A stretch of DNA of 64,000 nt from an uncultured delta proteobacterium (GTDB taxonomy: Bacteria; Myxococcota; Myxococcia; SLRQ01): the NCBI GenBank assembly GCA_963727485.1, contig CAVSGM010000011.1, forward strand, positions 224,001-288,000, written 5' to 3'. Of this stretch, positions 9,974 to 20,927 are shown piece after piece. A program made the translations under genes and the position numbers. The notes under the pieces were generated by a model. The model was not told the DNA's origin and ran no database searches. It was given only the letters and a program-made list of their open reading frames with translations. Position 1 is the first letter of the stretch. Each line of letters begins with the position of its first letter.

Positions 9974-12900
9974 CAGCTTTCCCCCTCCAGCAGTTCGAGA
10001 ACGCGCGCGGCTGCGTCGGCCGCGGTCGGGTCCAGGAGCAGGCAGCGGTCGCCCCCGGCGCGACAGGCCTGCGCCACGACGTCGGCCTCCGGGGCCCCGG
10101 CGGAGACCAGCGCCACTCGAGCCCCGTCTCGGCCGGCCCAGGCGTGCACTTGGCCGGCTACGCGGTCCCCGGCCATGACGTCCCCCCCGGGCTCCATGGT
10201 GACCCCGTGCTCTTCGGAGAGCTGGCGGACCAGCGAGTGCCAGGGGTCGTCGAAGAGGTCGAGCGGTAGCTCGGTTGGAGCCTCGACCTCGGCCGCCGTC
10301 TCCGGGGCGGCGCTGCTCGGGGTCGGGGACGGAGGGTTCCCGAACGTGGAGGCGTACTGGGCGAAGGTCTCGGCCCAGGTCTCGGGCTCCTCGAATCGGA
10401 TAGCGAACCATCCCTGGTCCTCAAGCTCATTCACCACCCCCGGTCGGTCATGGGGCAATCCGGCGATGAGCACCGCCGTGCCATTCGGGTACTCGAAGTC
10501 GATGGGGGTGCCTGCCTTGGTCTTGGCGTTCGCCTGCAGCGGCAGGTGCAGCCCCTGGGTGTTCACCTGGTCGAGCCACTGCCTTGCCGTCTCGCAGGTG
10601 GCCTCCTCCTGCATCCGGCTGATTTGGGTGCGGATCGGCTCCGGCTCCGGGTCGGCGTCGACGGAGCCGTTGGACCAGGCGAGCAAGAGGTCGCGCACCA
10701 GGTGCCGGTCGAGCATCCGGTGCTCACGCTGGTTGTAGTAGGAGAGCAGGCAGTCGTAGCACGCCGCCTCGCAGTCCTCCTGGGCGCCCGGGGCCCGGTG
10801 CTCGTCCGCACCGGTCTCCTTGTCGAAGTGGGTCACCTCGAGGGCGCGGGCGGCAACGGCAGCCAGCGTCTTGGGGCCCTCGACAAGCTCCTTGAGCACC
10901 CCGGCGCCGCCCTCGGCCGCCTCGTAGAAGAGGATGGCCCGGCGGTCGTGCTCGTCGGGGAGCGGCTCGGCGGCGAGCTCCGCGTCCTCGAGCTGGAAGT
11001 GCAGGAGGATGGCTGCCTTCAGCGCGGCTTGCAGGGAGGCCAGGGTGGCGTCGTCCTCGATCCCTTCGGGCTGCAGAACGAGGCAGTTGCGGCGGTCCTC
11101 CACGAAGGGCAGGACCCGCTTGGTCTTGGGGCCCACGGCATCCGCGTTGGCGTCGTCGGCGTCGGACTGGCTCCGGGCCCAGAAGCCCCGCTCGACGTCG
11201 AGGATGAAGCCCTCGGCAGCGTCCGCTCGCTGGCGCCGCCAGCCCATGTTCATGCGCCAGAGGGTCGCCGCGTGTCCGTAGGTGAGCCCGGCCCGGAGGT
11301 CTCCGTCTGCATCCCGAAGGCGACCCTTCCGGGCGGAGATCCGACCCTGCCGCTCGGCGAACCGGACGGCGGTCCGCAGCTCGTAGCCCAGCCGCTGGCG
11401 CTCCTCCTCGTCGGAGTTGATGCGGTCGCGGCGCCGGGTGGCGACGTTCTGCATCCGGAAGAGGTTGTCTCGGGGAGCCGGCAGGGAGGCGTCGCAGAGC
11501 TCACAGAGGTCGGGTGGCGGTGCCGCCCTCTACCGCGGTGGAAGTAGCCGCACGCGTCGCACCGCACGGCGCTCCGGTGATGGCGTCATTGCGTCGCGTG
11601 CGACCGGCAGGATGACCTTGTTGATCACGTACCGAGAGCCCTCGTGGTAGATGATGGCTGCGCGGCCCGAACTCGGAGATCGCCAGGAACCGCGGCCGGC
11701 TGAAGGAACTCGTCCCGCCCTTGCCGCCCCGCCGCCCGGGAGGAACGCCGAGAGTGGCAGGCGGGGGAAGTTGTAGCCCGGGAGGAAGCCCTCGCTGGCG
11801 AAGTAGCGGTAGCTGTAGAAGTCGGAGTGCCGCCGCCTCGCCCGCCTCGATGAGCAGCTCGAGCTGGGCCTCGGCCTCGGCCCGAAGGCGGCGGGCCTGG
11901 CTGCGGTCGCTGGGGCTCCGCGTGGGGTCGGTAGCGATGGCCTGCTGCCGATTCGGACTGGGCGAGGGCGGAGCTGTAGAGGTCCCGCCACCGGCGCACG
12001 CTTGGTCGAAGGCCTTGCGGGACCTCGTCGAGGACCTCGCTTGATCCACCCGCCGGCATCGGCGTCGATGTGGTCGTGGACGACTGCCCCCAGGCATTCG
12101 ATGGCGCGGTTCAGCGCCCTCGCTCGAGCCGCGGCATCCTCGAGCTTGGCGCGCACGTGGGCGCGGATGGGCAGCTTCTCGGACTGAAGGTCCAGGACGG
12201 TCTCCAGGCTCTTGCCCAGGTTGAGGCTCGCCTCCCGAATCCACAGCGCGTGGATGTGGGCCCGGACCAGGTCCTCGTTCCCCAGGTCGAGGCGCGGCGG
12301 CTTCACCGCCCCGGCGACCATCTGGTCGGGCCGCTTGAAGAAGTACTGGTCGTGCGGGCTCCCGGCCGAGCAGTAGGTGACCACGAGGGCCGGATTGCCG
12401 CCGCGGCCTGCCCGGCCGCTGCGCTGGGCGTAGTTCGCCGGGGTCGGCGGTACGTTGCGCAGGCCCACCACGTTGAGCTGCCGGATGTCGACCCCGAGCT
12501 CCATCGTCGGCGAGCAGAAGAGGATCGGGAGGTCGCCCTCGCGGAAGCGCTCCTCGCGCTCGGTGCGCAGGGTGTCGATGACCTGGGCGGTGTGCTCCCG
12601 GGCCTCGAGGCCGTTCAGGTCGGGCGCCTTCTCCTGGTAGAAGTGGACGAAGAAGTCGTTGGTGGACAGGCCCCCCTCGGGTGCACGCGGCACTCGGACC
12701 TTGTCGTGGAAGGCCTGCCTGCCCTCCCCGGCATGCCAGACGAAGGCCGACGACTTGAGCTGGTAGCCCTCTGGCTGGTCCTGCTTGGGTGGATCGATCC
12801 GCCGAACGAGACCGCCCCGGCGAAGCACCTCGAGGAGCCCGCGGATGATGGCCTCGCTGTCCGTGAGGCTCAGCGGGCCTGCGGTGGGGAAGGTGTCGGG

Positions 12901-15475
12901 GCGCTTGAGGTAGAGGCCAAGTCCACCTCGCGGCGACAGCCACACCCAGCGGTCCGGGTGCCCCGGCAGGGGCCTGCGGGACCCGACAACCGCCACACAG
13001 GCCTCCTGGAGCGGCTCGTCCGGGTCGAGGGCCCAGGGCTCTTCGAGGTGCGCGCGAGACTGCGGCTTGATCCGGTCCTGGGCGGCGGCCTCTAGGTAGG
13101 GCGTGTCGATGCAGAGCTCGCGCCGGAGGTGGTCGAGGAGCACCTTTGCGGCGTTGCCGCGGGCCTCCGGGGCGGCGCCAGCGAGCGCTGGATGCTGTTC
13201 GGCCCACGCCGGTTCGTGGGCGCAGAGCTCGGCGAGGCTGGGGTAGTCGATCGTCAGCAGCCCGCTCTGCTCGAGGTTTGGCGAGGTCACCCGCCACCCT
13301 CGCTGCAAGTCCCGGTAGAGGTAGATGCCGAGCACCTCGCGCAGCGCCCGGTACACATCGTCTCGGGCCGAGGGGAAGAGGTCCTTCTCCTTGGCGTAGC
13401 TCTCGAAGGGCAGGTCCAGGGCGACGCGTACGGCCTCGGGGAGCGTCTCCTGGTCGAGCCCAGCCTCGCCGGCGTCCCGAGCCGCCCGGTAGAGCGCCGA
13501 CCGAAGCAGCCCGATCTCGACGAAGTCGTTGAAGTGGCCCGCCTGGAGCGACGCGTCCTGGCGGTTGTCTGTGAAGGATAGGAGCTTCTTGGCGTCGGGC
13601 GGCAGCTCGGGGTCCTGGCGAAGCCGGCGGACCAGCTGAGAGGGCCGTCACGGTCGTGGCCGTGCTCCGACCCTCGGAGCCCAGGGTGGCCAGCTTGCCG
13701 TAGTCGGAGGACTGGGCGCCGCTGTAGGCGACGCCACAGGCCAGGCAGAAGCGGAAGGGCGCCCGGAACCAAGTGCATGAGCAGGCCGTCGGGCCCTTCG
13801 GTGCCGTCGGGACGGACCCGTACCGGATCCGGGAGGTACTTCCGCTGGTTCTTGCGGACCCGCTCGCGGCCCTGGCCGTCGACCTCCAGCCAGCTCTCCG
13901 GAAGGCGGTCTCGTTGGGCCGCCGGATCCTCGGGCCAGGGGTCCTTCGTGCTCAAGCGAAGGAAGCCTGCGTCGGCGTCGTCGTCACTGTCGAAGAGCCG
14001 GTCGGTCACCCCGCGCTTCTCGTAGCGGTGACCGCCTGCCTCGGGGATCCGTCGCACGACGTAGTAGGCCTCGCCGCACTCCCGGCAGAAGGCCAGCGGC
14101 AGCAGGGCGTGGCGCCGCTCAGTGCCGGGAGCCCACTCCTGGGCCTGGAGGGTGATGTGCCGCGTGTCCTCGGGCTCGAGGGTGGAGTACACCGCCTCGC
14201 CTTTGGAGAGGAATTGGTGAAGACGGAAGGGAAACGCCAAGCGCTCCTGGCCATCGTCGTCCTGGTAGCGCGTGAGCAGGGCGGTGGTCAGGGCGGCGCT
14301 GCAGGTCTCCGGCTCGAGGCCGGTCGCCTCCGCCAGGAGCGCCACGGCGTTGCCGTCCCCGCGGGAGAACGGCACCGGGAGTGAGCGCACCAAGCGCCCG
14401 CCGTCCGGGTCGAGACGGAGGCCGAGGGTCGACTCGATCCAGGCGGCGAGTGGGTCGTGGGAGAAGGCCTGGGGATCCTGGAGGCAGCTCACCGCCGGCG
14501 GCGACCCGGGCACGCAGCGCCGCTCGGTCGCCCTCTGCCTTCTCCAAGGACGTGACGCGTCGCAGGGTCTCTCCGATGATGCGCTCGGGCTTCACCTCGG
14601 CTCCGAAGAGCCGGCTGGCAACCTTGGCCACCTGGGCTTGCTGGTTCTCCCAGCTCCCCTCGCCGGCGAGGGTCGCCGAGGTGCCGACGTGAATCACCTC
14701 CGGCGTGTCGGTCGCCTTGCGCACCCGTCGGACGAGCATCGCCACGTCCGCGCCCTGGCGACCGCGGTAGGTATGAAGCTCGTCGAGGACGAGAAACCGC
14801 AGCTTGCCCACGGCACCCTCGGTCAGCTTGAACTCCCGGGGGCGGGTGAGCACCAGCTCGAGCATCACGTAGTTGGTGAGCAGGATGTCCGGCGGGGAGT
14901 CGAGGATCGCCTGTCGCTGCTCCTCGAGCTCCTGGCCGGTGTACCGCGCGAAGGTGACCGGCGGCTTGCCGTGGAACCCGTTGCAGAGGAACTTCTCCAG
15001 CTCGCCCACCTGGCTGTTGGCCAGGGCATTCATCGGGTAGACGACGATCGCCCGGATGCCCTTGCCGCTTCCCTCGCGCAGGACGTGGTCCACGATGGGG
15101 ACTAGGTACGCCAGGCTCTTCCCTGACCCGGTGCCCGTGGTCAGGACGTAGTTGTCACCGGCCCGTGCTGCGCGGATCCCCTCCACCTGGTGCCGGTGGA
15201 GCCGGAGCGGCCCCTTGTCCAAGCCATCCTCGGGCTTCCGGCGGAAGATCTGCTCGCAGGTGGGGTGGAGCAGGCCCTCTTCGACGAGGGCCTCGGTGGT
15301 CGGGCCCGGCTCGAAGGCGGGGTTGAGCTGGATCGAGTGGTTCCGGCCAGAGACGGCCGGCCTTCAGGTTCGCCTCGACCGTCTTCGCGATCTCCTGGTC
15401 CCGGATCGTGAAGAAGCTTCGGACATAGCTTGCGTAGTCGCCGATGACCTCGTTGCGGAGCTTGAAGACGTCCAT
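9973..15475 (-). CDS. Large DEAD/DEAH-box SF2 helicase with DUF1998 (DrmA+DrmB-like fusion) and C-terminal nuclease-like domains; multiple frameshifts
   Basis: Start MDVFKLRNEVIGDY; TTGTGSGKS, VYPMNALANSQ, DELHTYRG, SPTMELGVDI, QRSGRAGR, Zn-finger CxxC pairs, DUF1998-type CEAACYDCLLSYYNQ. The ORF pieces are colinear. Confidence 0.88.
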
Positions 15476-15789
15476 GGTTCACCTGGAGCGGCCGAGCTTG
15501 CCCGAGAGGTGTGTCAGATCGGGACAAGATCCAGCTGGACCGCCCACTTCACCGCGATCCGGTGCTGGCGGCAAGTGGAAGTTGCTAGGGGTTGGCTCGC
15601 CCTGAAGAGGCGACGACCACCCCGGCGAAGGAGCCGCTACAGGCCGTCGACCAGCCGCTGCGACGCGGATGTTCACAGCACCCGGTGATCAGCGTAGTCT
15701 AGGGGATATTACGATCGTCCCAGGAGGACGAGGCCGTGCAGAGGTACTTGGCGGCAGGGGCGGATTGCCGGAGCACTCATGGAAACTAG

Positions 15790-17025
15790 ATGGCATCGGG
15801 GATGGGCTCGAGCAGTCAACCGTTGCCGGCGCGGAGCCGGCGTAGGGGTCGCGTCGTGAGGAGAGGCGGCGCCAGCGCAACAACCGAGGATCGACTCGAT
15901 AAGCTGCGTGGCAAGAGCAAGCGACAGTCCACGAACGTGCGGGCGTTGGCGCGGTTCGCGGCAAACAGTTCATGCACTCTTGCGCGGGTCGGATTCGCGG
16001 CGCGCGTAGACTTCGACTACTTGCTTGAAGGCACGCGCCTGCAAGCTCCGTTTGGCCAGTCGCCGTTCGCCTTTCGCCGGGGAAACCAATTCGAGGATCG
16101 CCTCCGTGCGGACGGGCACGCGCCGCTCCTTGCGCTGCTACAGGAAGGTCTGAAGTACGATCCTACCGACGCCAAGGTGGTGAACCTGCGTGATGGGCGG
16201 CCGACGCCGAAGAAGCTCGCGGCACGTGCGGAGAGAACGCGCGACCTCGTAGCCAAGATCGTCAAGGGCGGGCGATCCGCCCCGAATCTCTTGGATGGAG
16301 CGGTGCTAGCCAAGAGCATTGGCGGAGGCGTCTCCCACTTTGAAGCCGATGCCGTAGCGGCCCGGTTCAATGGACCGATCCACGTGGGGGAGGTGAAGTC
16401 CTTCCCGACCGTGGACGGGCAGGCAGACCCGGAGAAGGTTGGGGCGGCAATCTCCCAGGCAGCGATCTACATGCTGTTGCTCCGGGAACTCGTCGATTCG
16501 GTGGGAGGAGATCCTGGCCTCGTTTCGCCTGAGGCCTTGCTCATAACACCAAAGAACACAGGCCTGCAGCCGACTCTGACGGTGAAGCTCGTCGGGCGCG
16601 AGATTGAACGAGCGGCCCGCATCTTCGACAACCTCGAGCCGGTTGACGACATCGTCGACGATCTTCCGGCTCGACTTCCCTCCTTTGAGAAGATCAGTCC
16701 CAAGAGCCACGCCTCGGAAGTTGAGCGCATCGATACGGCGCTGCACCTGGTCGACAAGGTTGGCAACGCCTACACTCCGAACTGCTTGGCCTCGTGCGGT
16801 CTCGGGCGCCTCTGCCGGGAGCGCGCCCATCGCTCTGGCGCACCGGAACGCTTTGGGGGGCAGCTTCAGCGGCTCGTGCCCGGGGTGGCCTCAATTGACA
16901 GGGCCGGCGTTCTGGCCGCAGGGGCTCGGCCCAGGCGGCAAGAAAGGGATGCCGCCGAGCGGCTGGTCCAGACGCAGGCCCTGCTGGAGCTGGCCAATCG
17001 CAACGGGAAGAGGAGAGGGCGATGA
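15790..17025 (+). CDS. Putative Cas4/RecB-family PD-(D/E)xK nuclease with predicted Fe-S cluster
   Basis: N-terminal Cys (ANSSC), RRGNQFE, HFEADAV...GEVKSF, RecB-type QAAIY (QxxxY) and C-terminal CLASCGLGRLC. The start could instead be GTG at 15856. Confidence 0.7.
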   Translation: MASGMGSSSQPLPARSRRRGRVVRRGGASATTEDRLDKLRGKSKRQSTNVRALARFAANSSCTLARVGFAARVDFDYLLEGTRLQAPFGQSPFAFRRGNQFEDRLRADGHAPLLALLQEGLKYDPTDAKVVNLRDGRPTPKKLAARAERTRDLVAKIVKGGRSAPNLLDGAVLAKSIGGGVSHFEADAVAARFNGPIHVGEVKSFPTVDGQADPEKVGAAISQAAIYMLLLRELVDSVGGDPGLVSPEALLITPKNTGLQPTLTVKLVGREIERAARIFDNLEPVDDIVDDLPARLPSFEKISPKSHASEVERIDTALHLVDKVGNAYTPNCLASCGLGRLCRERAHRSGAPERFGGQLQRLVPGVASIDRAGVLAAGARPRRQERDAAERLVQTQALLELANRNGKRRGR

Positions 17026-18448
17026 ACTACCTCGACGCTGTGCTCCTTGCCCAGGCTCGCGAGCGGGGTAGAGGTGTGCGGTCGGCCCGGTTCCGCCATC
17101 GGCATATCACGAAGCGGCCAATGGGGCTGGTCCTCTGGCAACTCGGCGCCGAACCGTTCACGGTGGGGGCGGCTGCCTGGGGCTTCTCGAAATCGGATCG
17201 GAACCTGGTGGTTCCTGGGGAACCCCGAAACCGCGATCTCGCCTTCCGCGCCCTGCTCGAGGTCGCCAAGCCCTTCAACGCCTGGTTCATGAAGGATAGG
17301 GCCGACGCCCCCCAAGTCGTCCTTCTCAACCGCGGGAATCTCTCCCTGCTCTCGAGGATAGCGAGGCGGATCGCCTACCTCCCGACTACCGGTGACCGGC
17401 CAGCACCCCAGGAACTGGTCATGTTCGGCCGGCACCTTCGGTTCCTCGTCGATCAGGCCCGCTACCCAGGCCAGCAACTGGTGCTTATCCTCACGGAGCT
17501 CCTGCGCGACCACTGGGTGACGGAACTCTCGGAGCTCGAGACCCAGAACCTAGCCGCGCTCGACGCTGCCATCGCGCCCCCAAAGGGGCTAACTGGGCAT
17601 GAGGCGGCGGTGGCAGCCGAGACCCTGGACGTCGGTCCGGTCCCGACCGGCGACGAGGACGAGCGCCTGGATCCCCTTGTGCGGCGATTCAACGAGCGTC
17701 GGCGGGGCTCCACGGAGGAGAAGCTCGTGGCGCCTCTCCGAGGCCCAATCGAACGGCACTATCGCGGCCTGGTCTACAAGCGCGGCTGGCCGCTGCTGTG
17801 GCGGGCCCTAGAACGGGAGCGCAAGCTCCCTGAAGCGCCCAGTGTGAAGGACCGGTGGAACGCCGACGTGGATGCTTACCAAGGCTATCTGGAGTGGGTG
17901 AACAAGGCCGGAGGTAGGAGGCGCGTGCGGCAGACAGCGGTCCAAGCGGCGCGTACCTTGCGGCGCTGGGAGGAGGCCGAACGACTCCGCCAGGCTCACG
18001 AGGCCCTTGACGACCCACTTCGGATGATACCGGCCTTCCTGAGGGATGATGCCCTGGTCGGGCGCGTGGTGGAGGTCGACCTCGAGCACCGAGAGCGTCC
18101 GAACATCAAGCTCGTACGCAGGCCTCTGGTGACGTTGCATCTTGCCAGCCCGTGCAGGATGCCCCTGGGCAAGCAGCTCTACTGGACGCAGAACGCCAAG
18201 GGTAAGCCCTATACCCTCGTGAGGGTGGGCAAGGGACCTGCAGGCAAGGGCACGGAATCGCGCTCCGCCACGAGGTGGGCTCGGCGGTCGCGAGACCCAA
18301 GAAAGGCACGCAGGCCACATTCTCCGTCTTTCACCTCCACGCAGATCCACCGCTGAAGCTACCGAAGGCCGTGCCCTGGGTGTACGAGGTCGCGGACGGC
18401 CCGGTGGCGTCAATCGAAGTACCGGGCAAGGGCAGGTCTTGGGAATGA
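17022..18448 (+). CDS. Hypothetical protein, middle gene of the nuclease-helicase operon; one frameshift near 18257
   Basis: ATGA overlap with the upstream gene. A frameshift after GKGTE continues ...ALRHEVGSAVARPKKGTQATFSVFHLHADPPLKLPKAVPWVYE...RSWE* and ends in an ATGA overlap with the helicase start at 18445. Confidence 0.75.
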
Positions 18449-19794
18449 AAGAGCCCTTCAACGAGGAGGCAGTGGCCAGTGCCGAGCGCACAGTCAGGGC
18501 CCTCATCAAGGACCTTCTCTCTGGGACCAAGCCCAAGGCCGTGATTGGTGAAGCTCCGGCGGGCGCGGGAAAGTCCTACGCGATTGGCACGGCGCTCCGC
18601 GCGGCGCGCAAGGAGAAGCTCCGTGTGGCCGTAGCCACCCCGACGAACGAGCAGGCCTTCGCCCTGGTGGACTCGCTCGCACGACGCTTCAAGCGCCAGA
18701 CCATCACGTTCGTGCCGGCCGACCACATTTCCCTCCCCGACCAGATCGCGAGGTTGAGGAATGTTCAGTCCTTGACGCCCGACGAGGCCGATGGCGAAGA
18801 GATCCTCGTCGGCACGCTGAACAAGCTGGGCGACGCGTTTGGGCGGGGTTCTCTTGGACCCCTCGACGTCTTGTTGATGGATGAAGCCCTGCAGGCGAAC
18901 TCGACCCAGTACTACCTGGTCGCGGGCCTCGCCGACCGGCACCTCCTGATGGGAGATCGGGGGCAACTTGCGCCCTTCACCACAGCGCCAGAGGGCGACC
19001 GTTGGAGAGGACTGGCCGAGGATCCACTCCTCACGGCCGCCGAGGTCGTCAGCCGCAACCACCCGGAAGCCACGGAGACAAGGAAGCTGCCAATCACCCG
19101 CCGGTTGGACTCACGAGCCGTCGAGGTGGCAAGAGCCTTCTATCCAGATCACCAGTTCGAAGCGGCCGTGCTGGACGGGGTTAGGAGGCTGCGACTGGGA
19201 CGCGTCGCCCGCGCCAGCAAGCTGGACCACATCCTCGCATCTGCGGCCGGCAATGGGTGGGCCCACGTAGAACTGCCTACCGCTGCCGTGACGGTGGCTG
19301 ACCGGGAGACAATCTCGCTTGTCGTCGACCTGGTTCGGCGCCTGTTCGAGCGCAAGCCGAAGGTTAGCTGTGAGGACAGGGACCAGCCGACTTCTCTGCA
19401 ACAGAACGAGGTAGCGGTCGCCGTCAGCCACAACGACCAGAAGAACCTCCTCCGGGTGGCACTTGACGACGCCGGCTTGGAGAAGGTCGTGGTCAACACG
19501 GCGAACAAGTTGCAAGGCCTCACCTTTGAGGTCGTTGTCGCCTGGCATCCACTCGCGGGGCTGCAGGAGGTCGATGAGTTTCATCTGGATCCAGGTCGCC
19601 TTTGCGTCATGCTTACCCGCCATCGCCAAGCCTGTATCGTCGTTGGGCGAGAGGCCGACCGGGATCTGGTTCAGGGTATCCCGCCAGCGAGCCCGTCGTT
19701 CGTCGGGTGGGATGCCAGCCCCACGCTTGACGGCTGGTACGCTCACGAGGCCGTGTTTTCTGCGCTTGCGCCCCACAGGTTCGCAGCAGGATAG
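18445..19794 (+). CDS. Upf1/Dna2-like SF1B helicase (AAA_11/AAA_12-type), stand-alone
   Basis: APAGAGKS, ATPTNEQA, MDEALQ, MGDRGQLAP, VNTANKLQG, RLCVMLTRHR. Confidence 0.85.
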   Translation: MKEPFNEEAVASAERTVRALIKDLLSGTKPKAVIGEAPAGAGKSYAIGTALRAARKEKLRVAVATPTNEQAFALVDSLARRFKRQTITFVPADHISLPDQIARLRNVQSLTPDEADGEEILVGTLNKLGDAFGRGSLGPLDVLLMDEALQANSTQYYLVAGLADRHLLMGDRGQLAPFTTAPEGDRWRGLAEDPLLTAAEVVSRNHPEATETRKLPITRRLDSRAVEVARAFYPDHQFEAAVLDGVRRLRLGRVARASKLDHILASAAGNGWAHVELPTAAVTVADRETISLVVDLVRRLFERKPKVSCEDRDQPTSLQQNEVAVAVSHNDQKNLLRVALDDAGLEKVVVNTANKLQGLTFEVVVAWHPLAGLQEVDEFHLDPGRLCVMLTRHRQACIVVGREADRDLVQGIPPASPSFVGWDASPTLDGWYAHEAVFSALAPHRFAAG

Positions 19795-20009
19795 GTCGCA
19801 CCGGGGAAGCGCCTCTACTCTGGCGCCTGTTCCCGAAGAGACCGTAGACATTGGCCGAGAGGTTGTGTTCGCAACGCTCGGAAACTGAGCCCGCCTGTGC
19901 AGCAAGCGCGTGGCTGGCTTATCAGTCTCCGAGCTTTGCAGACACCCTTGCCCAGCAGGCGGTCAATGCTCCACAGGGGTACAGGGTCGGTGGTGGGGCG
20001 TTCGCCCCA

Positions 20010-20927
20010 TCAGCCGGATCCAGGCGCGTCACCAGCTGCACGCAGGGACGCGGGCGGTGGCGCGTGGAGCTCCATGCGTCGACCGTCGCGCGGGTGGGTG
20101 AACACCAGCCGCTCCGAATGGAGCAGGTAGCCGGGATCGCCGGGCAGCGCGCGGGTGCCTTCGAGCGGTAGGCCGCCCGCGGCGTAGAGCGGATCCCCTG
20201 CGAGGGGGAAGCCTGCGGCGGCGAGGTGGATGCGGATCTGGTGCGGCCTGCCCGTCACGATGTCGACGGCGAAGAGGGTCTCTGCATCGCGGCGCTCGAG
20301 GACGTGGGCGACGCTGCGGGCCGGCTTGCCGGAAGGCGACGCGGCGTGCACGGTGCCGAGCAGCAGGTGGGGCACGCGGCCGATCGGCGTGTCGATCTCG
20401 AGCGTGTCCGCCTCGCACACGCCCGCGGCGAGCGCGCGGTAGCGCTTGTCGACCTCGTGCGCGCGCCACGCGGCCTGGAGCAGGCTCCCCGCGCCCGGGG
20501 TGCGGGCGAAGAGGACGAGGCCCGAGGTCGCGCGGCCGAGGCGGTGCATCGGCGAGGCGCACGGCGCCTGCGCACGCACGAGCGCGAGAAGGGTGTGCTC
20601 GAGGAAGCCGCCGCCCGGCATCGTGGGGAGCCCGCTCGGCTTGGCGACGGCGAGAAGGTCCTCGTCCTCGTAGAGAACGTCGAACGACGTCGGCACCTCC
20701 GGCTCGTCCCACGGCGGGCGGTGCCACACCAGCGACTGGCCCGCGCGGAGAACCGCGTCTGCGGGCGCGTCGCGACCGTCGAGGGTGACCTCGCCGCGGT
20801 CGATGCGCGCGGCCCACTCCTCGCGCGAGGCGCGCCGGTAGGTGCGCGCCAGGTGATCGAGCAGGGTCGTCCCGGCCCCCTGGCGCCCGATGCGCGACTC
20901 GTAGGCGTAGCCCCGATTCAGGGTCAC
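20010..20927 (-). CDS. RluA-family pseudouridine synthase-like protein with S4-like N-terminus (HRLG variant)
   Basis: VLYEDEDLLAVAKPSGLP, HRLGRATSGL, TGRPHQIRIHLA, GDPLY. Confidence 0.88.
   Translation of the reverse strand: MTLNRGYAYESRIGRQGAGTTLLDHLARTYRRASREEWAARIDRGEVTLDGRDAPADAVLRAGQSLVWHRPPWDEPEVPTSFDVLYEDEDLLAVAKPSGLPTMPGGGFLEHTLLALVRAQAPCASPMHRLGRATSGLVLFARTPGAGSLLQAAWRAHEVDKRYRALAAGVCEADTLEIDTPIGRVPHLLLGTVHAASPSGKPARSVAHVLERRDAETLFAVDIVTGRPHQIRIHLAAAGFPLAGDPLYAAGGLPLEGTRALPGDPGYLLHSERLVFTHPRDGRRMELHAPPPASLRAAGDAPGSG

Noticed and set aside
19935..19950. TTTGCAGACACCCT resembling an IS5-family terminal repeat at the island edge
   Set aside because: Short, with no partner repeat or transposase found.
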